A DNA stretch of 14,790 bases from a virus (lineage: Duplodnaviria > Heunggongvirae > Uroviricota > Caudoviricetes): the IMG/VR virus record IMGVR_UViG_2657245448_000011. One strand, given 5' to 3'. The notes beneath the pieces were generated by a model that saw only the letters and a program-made list of their open reading frames with translations, was not told where the DNA came from and made no database searches. The position numbers and the translations under genes are program-made. Positions 6,396 through 14,790 of the stretch are shown piece after piece. Every line of letters begins with the position of its first letter. The first letter of the stretch is position 1.

Positions 6396-7661
6396 TCAAC
6401 GAATACGCTGGAAAAGCGTTAGTTGATCATAGACATCCCGGAAATACCCCATAGCCTGCCAAGTACCCGTAAGCACAACATTTTCAGTGATGATGATGCT
6501 CACGTTGCCATACAAATAAAGGCCACCTGGTTTTATGTATCTCCCTTCAATCTCACTTCCGAATCCACCTCCGCCTGAAGCATATCCCAGCACATAAGAC
6601 CCCACATCCCCCGGTGAAATAATTCCCCCGCCACTTCCCCGGATATACTCCATGAATGCGGCCATCGAAGTATCACTACCCTGTGGCTGCTGTGACACCC
6701 AGACATCATAAGCAGACGGTCCCGGCGTTTTGGCGATGTCCTGCGCGTCTTTGAGCGCCTGCTGTGCCCCCTGCTCATGAATATCGGCCTGCCGCTCGCT
6801 GTCTGCTGCGGCGTTTTTGTTTCGGTTAACCTCTGCTGCGACCTCCTCAACCCGGGTGACCTGCTCTGTGAGTTCGCCCCTTAACTGCTCCGCTGCCACA
6901 GGAACCGCTTCTGCCACCGCATCAGCTGCTGCGCTTTTTGCGGCATTTTCTGCGCGAACAGCATGCTCTTCTGCGAGGGTTTCGCTGCGCGCGGAAGCTT
7001 CCTCGCTGCTCTTCGCGTTTCGCGCCGAGGTCGCTGAGTTCTGCTCGCTCGTTGCCGCGTTCTCTTCTGAGCGTGCAGCTGACGCTGCACTGCCTGACGA
7101 GGCCTGGCTACTTCGCTCTGAAGCCTGCGCACTTTCTTCAGACTGGCGCGCAGAATCACCGGCATGACGTTCACTCAGGGCCGCAGCCTGGGCATCGAGT
7201 CCGGTCTGATGTGCCAGCCGGGCAACCTCCTCTTTCTCCCGGGCGGCGTCATTCCTGGCATCCTCCGCGGCTTTGCGGATTGCATCCATTCCGGACGCCG
7301 CGAGTTCAGCCTGCTCAGCAGCCTCCCGGGCCTGCTGCGCCATCTGCTCAAACTGCTTCAGTGCATCCGGAGTCAGATAATCCCCGCTCACCACCGTCAG
7401 GAAATCATTCAGCGTGCCGTCCGGCGAATCCGCATAGACATCAATGACGCCTACTTTTTTTGGAGGCCAGCCTTCCATGGCCAGAGTGACCTCATAGCGC
7501 GCCGGTTGCGCCTCAATACGATAGCGACCAGCATTTGTTCCAACGCTGGCCGTGGTGGTGACTACGACATTACTGGTGGTGTTCAGCGCCCGCAGCAGGA
7601 TCTGACAGTCGGGCACGGGTCGCCCGGCCCCATCAATGAGGGTGCCTGAGATTATCGGCAT
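6396..7661 (-). CDS. stf: Side tail fibre protein (Stf-like)
   Basis: 421-aa ORF after J. N-terminus (GTLIDGAGRPVPDCQILL...RYEV...GTLNDFL) resembles the lambda Stf N-terminal tail-attachment region; long Ala/Ser/Glu-rich low-complexity middle; Gly-rich C-terminal domain. Confidence 0.8.
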   Translation of the reverse strand: MPIISGTLIDGAGRPVPDCQILLRALNTTSNVVVTTTASVGTNAGRYRIEAQPARYEVTLAMEGWPPKKVGVIDVYADSPDGTLNDFLTVVSGDYLTPDALKQFEQMAQQAREAAEQAELAASGMDAIRKAAEDARNDAAREKEEVARLAHQTGLDAQAAALSERHAGDSARQSEESAQASERSSQASSGSAASAARSEENAATSEQNSATSARNAKSSEEASARSETLAEEHAVRAENAAKSAAADAVAEAVPVAAEQLRGELTEQVTRVEEVAAEVNRNKNAAADSERQADIHEQGAQQALKDAQDIAKTPGPSAYDVWVSQQPQGSDTSMAAFMEYIRGSGGGIISPGDVGSYVLGYASGGGGFGSEIEGRYIKPGGLYLYGNVSIIITENVVLTGTWQAMGYFRDVYDQLTLFQRIR

Positions 7662-7752
7662 AGGAATTGTCTCCGGATAAAATCAATTTCGTCACTCTGG
7701 TAGTCAACGAAATTCTGGTTTATATGAGAGGGATGAGATGAAAAATGCAGCT

Positions 7753-10700
7753 TCAGCTGATACTGATACCCGCTGTTGATTTCTTCATGACGACTACCAG
7801 TAATTCACTGATACTGGTAGTTGGGGTTCGATTGCCAGAACCATTTGAAAAAACATTGAAGGTAAGGGTGACATGCCCTTTTCCTGCTGGCATATCAATA
7901 GCAGCCGAAAAAACTCCTGAAGAATCCGTAGCGGGTTGATGGAAAATGACCTGTCCATTATTTAATACCTGCAACTGACAGGTGGAATACCAGTACCTTA
8001 TGCCTGCATTACCAACTTCATTTATCTCATGCTTTGCTCCACGGAATAACACTGGTGGAATAATAATCTGCCTGTCAAAAGGCTGATCATCATAAATTGT
8101 CACCGTTACGGTACCACTGGCATAACTGCCATTCCGGGGAAAGGCTTTTCCCACCGTTTTAACAAGATCACCTTCAATCTGGTTGGCAGACAGTTTTCCC
8201 AGAATCCGACAGTTCTGGTTAACAGTAACGTTGTTAAGCGTCCCGGAATTCGCATTAATGTTGCCGCTGAAATCCGCGTTTTTCGCGGTCAGCTTTCCGT
8301 CCGGCGCCAGGGAAAACACCGGCGGATTCCCCCCACTGGTGATGGTCGGGGCATTAATGACTGTCGCACTGAGAAATTTAATCAGCGCTTCATTGATAAA
8401 CGTCTGCCCTCCCTGCGTGACCAGTGCAGGCGTGGTATTTCCATTTGCCGGATCGATAAAAGCCACCCTGTTTGCAGCAAGAAGGATCTGACTTAACTGC
8501 TCGCCATCGACCTCTTCTATTCCGGCACCAATTCCGGCGACATAAGTTACGCCATCTTTGGTCTTCTGGATTTTCAGCATATACAGGGCGTTAAGGTTAT
8601 CATTCGTGTCCTTCTGCACTTTCTGAATCTGCTGTATCGTGGCGCTTTGATCTTCCAGTGTCTTATTTACGGTCTGCTCTATTTCGCTTTTTGTGTCATC
8701 CACCACTTTGCTGATTTCAGCAATATCATCCTCGAGTAAACTGTTGTCGATCTGCTCAAACAACTCCTGTGCCAGATGTGTTTTTTGTATTTCACCGGCA
8801 AAAAAATCAAGATACCCTTGCGCATCCCGGCTGGCCTGACCCACCGCCTCTGCAAACGCTGATTTCCCCACCAGGTTGACGCTGCGTACGTAAAAATAAT
8901 GGTCCTGAAGCGGCTTAAGTCCGTCCTTGACCATATATGACGAAACACCCAGCCGCCGCGCGCTGGACGTAATCTCATCCGCGCTGTTGAGTTGTTTTAT
9001 GGAATACCAGAATTCGTACTGCACATCCGGTTGGTAGTAAGTCTGGTGCGGAGTCACGGTTATCTGAAAGTAACCCGGTGTCAGTTCAATGACCACCGGC
9101 GCTTCCGGAGGCCGGATACTGAAGTCCACCTGAGCAGGCTCCCCCTGCTGGCCAAAGCCATTGATGGCCCGTACGGTGAGCGTATAATCCCCCAGTGGCA
9201 GGGCGCGGAACGTGTACTCAGTGTCACTGGTGGTAGCGGAATCGACCAGCAGAACCGGATCATCGTCCTGACCACTGCCCGTGGTCAGACGGACCAGGAA
9301 ACGAACGCCCTTCACCACCCGCGGCGTATCCCAGTGCGCCCGGGCCTGGTACTGATTTCCTTCCGCTTCTGTGGTAACCGTCAGATGTTCCACTGTCGGA
9401 GGAACCACACTGTTGGTGGTGCCCGGTAGCGGATCAAAGTGCGCACCGTTGTCCACAATGGCTTCTTTCTCAGGCACATGCTGAAGGGCTGTTATGGCGT
9501 ACGTTCCGTCGCTGCTTTCTTTGATGCGTATGCAGCGGAACAGGCGCTGGCGCAGGGAAGGCAGTTTCAGCCCCCAGACACTGTACGCCGCAATCCCCGC
9601 TGGCATATTACTGACCGTTACCCGATCCGGGGCGGGCTGCCCGGTCACATCCACCGTAACCGGTTTTCCGTCCGCACCAATGATATTCAGCGTGGCAACG
9701 CCGGTTTTGGGTATTTCCACCTCCCGGTCGAGGGTCAGAGTACGTGTCATCGCATCCACGCTGAGGATGCGCCCGCCGATACTCACCGCGGCATAATCAT
9801 TGTCGCAGACCTCAATGATATCGCCCGGGGTGTGCCGCAGACCTTCTGCCCCGACAGAAAATTCCACCGTCTGGGTTTCCAGTTGTTCCGTTTTAATAAC
9901 CCACAGTCCGGCGCGGTGCGCCTGCCCCCGGCTCGTACAGCCAAACGCATCCATTTTCAGCAGATTCCGTCCGTCCCGCAGGATTGCCGCTTTATCTTCC
10001 ACCAGCAGAGTGGAGGTCTTCCAGCCGTTCTGCGGATCGGTGTACCGGACCTCGACCGCATTATGCCGGTCCTTACGCGCACTGTAACTGTAGCGGAACT
10101 GCACGCCCTGGCTGTCGGTGACCACATTGCTGTTGGTGTAGGTCCAGACTTTATCTGCAGGGCGGTCCTGAATGAACGTCAGCGTCCGCCCGTTCCAGAC
10201 CGGCATGCAGCGCATCACCGAGCAGAAATCAGCCAGCACGTCGTAAGCTTTTCGCTGGGTGGCCAGATAAGCATTAAACGTCATACGGGGCTCTGTGCCG
10301 CCAAAACCATCGGGGATCATCTGATCGCAGTACTGCGCGATGGCATACAGCGCCCATTTATCCACCTCGCTTATGCCTATGCTCCCGCCCATACCGTAAC
10401 GGGGGTGAGTCAGCATATCCAGCAGACACCAGGCCGGGTTACTGGTGTACGCCGGTTTAAGGACTCCATTCCAGATCCCGGTATATGTCCGCGTTTTCGG
10501 GTCATAATTTGACGGAACCTGAACAATGCGCCCGTAAATATGGTAATTGATCGTCACCTGCTGATTGCCAAACTGCTCTGCAGCCACCTTCAGCCCCACC
10601 ACAACCGTATTCGGGTACGCCTGCTTCAGGTCAGTGATTTCGGTATAGGATGACCAGGTGGATTTATTCTGTAACTGATCGGTGGTGCTGTCCGGCGTCA

Positions 10701-11253
10701 CCCGTACCATGCGAACATTGAACGGGCGCGGGGGTAACTCCTCCAGTACCACTGAGGCAAGAAACTGTGAGGTGGTTTTCCCGTTAATATAAATATCTTT
10801 GACCGTCACCCATCCATCAGCACGCTGGATTTGAAGAACGAGATGCAATGAGGTATTCAGACGATCGCCTTTGTTATTACTTTCCTGGAGATAGGGCGTA
10901 CCAAACGTGATACGCAGCCGGTCAATCTCCTGAGCGGTAATGGTCCGGGTAATGGGGGCATCCTGTTTGATCTCAGCGTTGACCATGACCTCCACGCCGG
11001 TATCTTCAAACCCCTCCAGCGGGGTCTGCTCCTGTTCACCGGCGTTATAAATTGCTGTGACACCGTGTACGTTGTAGCTGTCATCGTCATTTACCAGGGG
11101 GGTGTTGTTGATAAGGATACTTTGCATCCCCTTAACCAGTCCCTCGATCGGCCCTTCCCCGATGGCGTCAATGAAGCTCAGTTCCTGTACCGATTTCAGG
11201 TTATCCGGCTCTTCATACGGCGTGCTCTGCTTTTTCTTGTTCTTCCCACCCAT
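7753..11253 (-). CDS. J: Host specificity protein J (central tail fibre/tail tip)
   Basis: 1166-aa ORF colinear with lambda J from N-terminus (MGGKNKKKQ...DNLKS...) through conserved blocks ([53 protein letters not shown]). Confidence 0.95.
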   Translation of the reverse strand: MGGKNKKKQSTPYEEPDNLKSVQELSFIDAIGEGPIEGLVKGMQSILINNTPLVNDDDSYNVHGVTAIYNAGEQEQTPLEGFEDTGVEVMVNAEIKQDAPITRTITAQEIDRLRITFGTPYLQESNNKGDRLNTSLHLVLQIQRADGWVTVKDIYINGKTTSQFLASVVLEELPPRPFNVRMVRVTPDSTTDQLQNKSTWSSYTEITDLKQAYPNTVVVGLKVAAEQFGNQQVTINYHIYGRIVQVPSNYDPKTRTYTGIWNGVLKPAYTSNPAWCLLDMLTHPRYGMGGSIGISEVDKWALYAIAQYCDQMIPDGFGGTEPRMTFNAYLATQRKAYDVLADFCSVMRCMPVWNGRTLTFIQDRPADKVWTYTNSNVVTDSQGVQFRYSYSARKDRHNAVEVRYTDPQNGWKTSTLLVEDKAAILRDGRNLLKMDAFGCTSRGQAHRAGLWVIKTEQLETQTVEFSVGAEGLRHTPGDIIEVCDNDYAAVSIGGRILSVDAMTRTLTLDREVEIPKTGVATLNIIGADGKPVTVDVTGQPAPDRVTVSNMPAGIAAYSVWGLKLPSLRQRLFRCIRIKESSDGTYAITALQHVPEKEAIVDNGAHFDPLPGTTNSVVPPTVEHLTVTTEAEGNQYQARAHWDTPRVVKGVRFLVRLTTGSGQDDDPVLLVDSATTSDTEYTFRALPLGDYTLTVRAINGFGQQGEPAQVDFSIRPPEAPVVIELTPGYFQITVTPHQTYYQPDVQYEFWYSIKQLNSADEITSSARRLGVSSYMVKDGLKPLQDHYFYVRSVNLVGKSAFAEAVGQASRDAQGYLDFFAGEIQKTHLAQELFEQIDNSLLEDDIAEISKVVDDTKSEIEQTVNKTLEDQSATIQQIQKVQKDTNDNLNALYMLKIQKTKDGVTYVAGIGAGIEEVDGEQLSQILLAANRVAFIDPANGNTTPALVTQGGQTFINEALIKFLSATVINAPTITSGGNPPVFSLAPDGKLTAKNADFSGNINANSGTLNNVTVNQNCRILGKLSANQIEGDLVKTVGKAFPRNGSYASGTVTVTIYDDQPFDRQIIIPPVLFRGAKHEINEVGNAGIRYWYSTCQLQVLNNGQVIFHQPATDSSGVFSAAIDMPAGKGHVTLTFNVFSNGSGNRTPTTSISELLVVVMKKSTAGISIS

Positions 11254-11322
11254 GTTTTACTCACTCCATAAATGACAAAACCGCCATCAGGGCGGTCAGT
11301 ATCGGTACGCTGTTAAACTGCG

Positions 11323-12033
11323 TCAGTGCACAATAACTCGAGGCTTCGTAATGGGCAGCCCGGCAATCTGTAACATGAGCTCCTCGTACCGGGCGAACGG
11401 TCCGCCATAATTAATCACCTTCTCCGGCGAGCTCTCATCCCGTGTACTCAGGGTCTGCGAAATCCGCCGGGACCCCACCATAATTTCACCGTACGGTACC
11501 GGCATCGGATTCCCCTGGGCAATCATGTTTTCGAGTGAGGAAAAGTATGTACTCTGCTTACCGTTATCGGCTGTATTGCCATCCGCCGTATTCACTTTCG
11601 GGGTCAGTAACTGCGCCACGCCCCCCAGTGTCGCTGAGATACCAAATGAAAGCATGGCGGTCGCCACCATTGCATTCAGCCCGGGGATAAATGAAGCGGC
11701 GACCAGAATTCCCCCCAGAATTATCCCCCCCCAGCCGGATTTTGCACCTTCGGCCCGGGGTACGATATGAATGACAGCCCCCGGCAGTAAAGGCTCATGC
11801 AGCCGGGCGGTCACCTCATCAGAAGCAATATCCTGTCCTGAAATCCGGACCTGGTACCAGCCTTCGTTCAGTTTTTGACGGAATTCCGGTATCTGCATAA
11901 ACAGCGCATGCAGCCCTTCCGCCGCTGAATTTATGCTGAGATCGATGCGGCGACCAAATCGTTGTAAATCCCCGTAAAGGCAGATGCGCGCCATTCCCGA
12001 TGGCGCCAGATTGAGTGTGTGCGGCGTTGCCAT
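11323..12033 (-). CDS. I: Tail assembly protein I
   Basis: 236-aa ORF; N-terminus MATPHTLNLAPSGMARICLYGDLQRFGRRIDL is near-identical to lambda I; overlaps the 3' end of K as in lambda. Confidence 0.9.
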   Translation of the reverse strand: MATPHTLNLAPSGMARICLYGDLQRFGRRIDLSINSAAEGLHALFMQIPEFRQKLNEGWYQVRISGQDIASDEVTARLHEPLLPGAVIHIVPRAEGAKSGWGGIILGGILVAASFIPGLNAMVATAMLSFGISATLGGVAQLLTPKVNTADGNTADNGKQSTYFSSLENMIAQGNPMPVPYGEIMVGSRRISQTLSTRDESSPEKVINYGGPFARYEELMLQIAGLPITKPRVIVH

Positions 12034-12674
12034 TTGTCGGTATACCTCTCTCGTTTGCTTAACTGGTCAGGAATATGGTGTAACAGCTCCCCATTGTCAC
12101 AGATCACTGCGGCATGATTCGCCACCGACGATGCGAAGCAGCAAATCAACACATCCCCCGTCTGCGTGGCCTCAGGCTCTACCGGGTAAAAACCAATGTC
12201 AGGAAAATTATCCAGATACATATTCTCCCCACGATCCCACCAGCCATCCTGGCGTTCAAAATCAGGCAGTTCGATCCCCGCCAGATGCCAGGCGTCCCGC
12301 AGCAGTGTGTAGCAGTCCGTCACACCATGTTCAAAACTCCGCCCGGTGAGATGCGGCACGCAGCGAAACTTATGCACTTTACCGTCGCAGGCCAGCCACC
12401 AGGGAAGTGCACTCTGTAACTGCAAACATCGGTCCCCTTCACTCAGAAACGGCTGGCCGCCCGGGTGACTGTGGACCAGCGCCACGATGTCGCCTGCCGC
12501 CTGCGCACGGAGATACGCCTCCGGCACCATGCGAAAATACATGGTGGGTTCCGCAGACAGATTTTCACAGGGAAGGTACATCTCCCCCGCATCCGTTCTG
12601 ACCACATACCCGCACGATTCCGCCGGTGCACACTGTGCGGCATGCGCCAGAATATCCTGTTCTGTTTTTGTCAT
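11931..12674 (-). CDS. K: Tail assembly protein K (NlpC/P60 and MPN/JAB-like)
   Basis: Start trimmed to ATG at 12674 (MTKTEQDILAHA..., 247 aa) by homology with lambda K; conserved HSHPGG and HKFRCVPHLTGR motifs. The in-frame upstream extension in the ORF track overlaps L and is not used. Confidence 0.9.
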   Translation of the reverse strand: MTKTEQDILAHAAQCAPAESCGYVVRTDAGEMYLPCENLSAEPTMYFRMVPEAYLRAQAAGDIVALVHSHPGGQPFLSEGDRCLQLQSALPWWLACDGKVHKFRCVPHLTGRSFEHGVTDCYTLLRDAWHLAGIELPDFERQDGWWDRGENMYLDNFPDIGFYPVEPEATQTGDVLICCFASSVANHAAVICDNGELLHHIPDQLSKRERYTDKWQRRTHSIWRHREWRASAFTGIYNDLVAASISA

Positions 12675-12684
12675 AACGTCACCG

Positions 12685-13380
12685 TCAGGAAAGTTTGTTA
12701 ATGGAGATAAAAAAGCCTGCTCTGGCAATATTGTTGCGTAGCCTGCATCCTGCAGGACATCTGCTGCATTGATCCTTTGCAGGATCTGAGGTGGGTTTAT
12801 CAAATTCATCGGCTACCGGCGGGCCGTCATACCCGCACTCATCTCCCCGGTATGTCCACGTACAGATATCCGCCAGCATAATACGTGCCGGAAACACCGA
12901 GCCGTCAGTTTCAACAGGGTTAGCGAGAATAAATGTGGCGGTGCCGGATGTGAGTTCCGAGAGCTGCTCCACCACATACCAGGCCACGGCCTCCTGTTCC
13001 GGATCGGCATCCGGATTGCCGTTCACGAAATTCACCGCATCGAGAAATTTTGCATACACCAGGCGGCGCACCACCCGCGCGCCGGTCAGACTCTGCAGAT
13101 CTTCCGCCATGCCCGTCACCAGACCAAACATATTCGACACGACAAGACTGATACGCGGGGCCGGGCCGACGCCGTTCATCTCAAAATCATCTGACTGTAT
13201 CGGGTAAGGCTCATACTGTCGCCCCTGCCAGGTCACCGGCTCGCCTTTTTCATTGGGCTCATTACAGAAAAAATAACGCTCCCCTCCGATGGCTGTTGCA
13301 TCAAATTCCCAGAGACTGATTCGGGCGGACTGCTCTGTTCGGGTGGTTTCGTTAAGCGTGTCCTGTGGGACGTCCTGCAT
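12685..13380 (-). CDS. L: Minor tail protein L
   Basis: Start trimmed to ATG at 13380 (MQDVPQDTLNE..., 231 aa); the ORF-track start at 13386 is a TTG codon. Colinear with lambda L (ERYFFCNE, TWTYRGDECGY, C-terminal SINKLS). Confidence 0.9.
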   Translation of the reverse strand: MQDVPQDTLNETTRTEQSARISLWEFDATAIGGERYFFCNEPNEKGEPVTWQGRQYEPYPIQSDDFEMNGVGPAPRISLVVSNMFGLVTGMAEDLQSLTGARVVRRLVYAKFLDAVNFVNGNPDADPEQEAVAWYVVEQLSELTSGTATFILANPVETDGSVFPARIMLADICTWTYRGDECGYDGPPVADEFDKPTSDPAKDQCSRCPAGCRLRNNIARAGFFISINKLS

Positions 13381-13470
13381 AATCAAAATCCTTTCTGTAA
13401 AACTGGTTGAAAAAAGACCTCTCCATCACATAAGAATATTGATGTCATTGACAGAAAAGGAACATTAATC

Positions 13471-13998
13471 ATGGAATTAAGAATATTAGTGATGGCTGGA
13501 ATGTTGATCAGTTGTTCAGCGGTGGCAGAAAACAGCCTGACCGTCAAAATGAACGACGTACTCTCTGACGGTGCAGGTAAAAACATCGGCGAAATAACTG
13601 TGTCTGAGACACCTTACGGCCTGCTTTTTACCCCCGACCTTAACAACCTTACCCCGGGAGTTCATGGCTTCCATGTCCATACTAATCCATCCTGCATGCC
13701 TGGTCTCCAGGATGGTAAAAATGTGCCAGCCCTGATGGCCGGTGGCCATCTGGATCCTGAGAAAACAGGTAAACACCTTGGACCGTACAATGATAAAGGT
13801 CATCTGGGCGATCTTCCTGGGCTGGTTGTCAGTACAGATGGTAATGCCACATACCCGGTCCTGGCACCGCGCCTCAAATCGCTGTCCGATCTTAAGGGGC
13901 ATTCGCTTATGATCCACAAAGGCGGTGATAACTACTCCGACACTCCGGTGACTCTTGGCGGAGGTGGGACACGTTTTTCTTGTGGTGTCATAAACTAA
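13471..13998 (+). CDS. sodC: Periplasmic Cu,Zn superoxide dismutase (prophage-borne, SodCI-like)
   Basis: 175-aa ORF with signal-peptide-like N-terminus; His-rich metal-binding motifs (GFHVHTNPSC, GGHLDP, GHLGDLPGL, HKGGDNYSD) and C-terminal GGGG..CGVI. RBS AAAGGAA. Opposite strand to the tail genes, typical of a moron. Confidence 0.9.
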   Translation: MELRILVMAGMLISCSAVAENSLTVKMNDVLSDGAGKNIGEITVSETPYGLLFTPDLNNLTPGVHGFHVHTNPSCMPGLQDGKNVPALMAGGHLDPEKTGKHLGPYNDKGHLGDLPGLVVSTDGNATYPVLAPRLKSLSDLKGHSLMIHKGGDNYSDTPVTLGGGGTRFSCGVIN

Positions 13999-14059
13999 CT
14001 GCAGGTAATACAACAAAAAGACACCGGACAGCACCTTTAGGAGGAGGCTGGAAAATTTA

Positions 14060-14083
14060 CCCAATAAAAAACCCTCTCAGCGG
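14060..14083. terminator. Bidirectional rho-independent terminator between sodC and the lom-like gene
   Basis: AAAAAA-CCCTC-tcagcg-GAGGG-TTTTTT: a GC stem flanked by an A-run and a T-run, between the convergent 3' ends of sodC (13998) and the lom-like gene (14113). Confidence 0.6.
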
Positions 14084-14112
14084 AGGGTTTTTTATTGGAA
14101 TATTGAATACTG

Positions 14113-14790
<678 letters not shown>

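Noticed and set aside
6533-7649. Five overlapping ORFs (6533..6850 -, 6817..7167 +, 6881..7174 -, 6938..7447 +, 7164..7649 +)
   Set aside because: All overlap the tail-fibre gene in other frames or on the other strand and are generated by its low-complexity GC-rich tract; Arg/Ser/Pro-rich translations with no start context.
9439-10512. 357-aa plus-strand ORF (plus shorter ones at 8183..8491, 8992..9429, 9494..9796, 9800..10087)
   Set aside because: Lies entirely antisense inside the well-supported J gene; Arg/Pro/His-rich composition is typical of shadow frames in GC-rich coding DNA.
12675-12809. In-frame N-terminal extension of K in the ORF track (45 extra codons)
   Set aside because: The extension overlaps the 3' end of L and has no homology; lambda K homology begins at the internal ATG (MTKTEQ...), so the start was trimmed to 12674.
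13407-13437. Candidate sigma-70 promoter for sodC (TTGAAA ... ATAAGA)
   Set aside because: The -10 match is poor and alternatives are equally weak; a promoter must exist here, but I cannot place it reliably by eye.

Overview
This window looks like an enterobacterial (Salmonella/Escherichia-like) chromosome segment where a conserved SOS/DNA-damage-tolerance locus meets the tail and host-range end of a lambdoid prophage. All calls rest on reading the ORF translations and sequence by eye; no database search or computation was run. The chromosomal part (1..2885) carries yedK (SRAP), a GNAT-like gene, and umuC/umuD on the minus strand. Two tandem LexA boxes sit between umuD and a divergent dinI-like gene. 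From about 3.4 kb to the window end the minus strand encodes lambda-like tail genes in the order L-K-I-J, then a side tail fiber and a Tfa-like assembly protein. Accessory content interleaved with these includes a DUF1353-like gene, a hairpin-rich non-coding stretch, four small unknown genes after tfa, a periplasmic Cu,Zn superoxide dismutase (sodC), and a lom/ail/pagC-family gene truncated by an IS3-family element that runs off the window. The best candidate for something undescribed is the four-gene cluster at 4373..5768, but I could not assign it a function and it may simply be uncharacterised tail-accessory genes.
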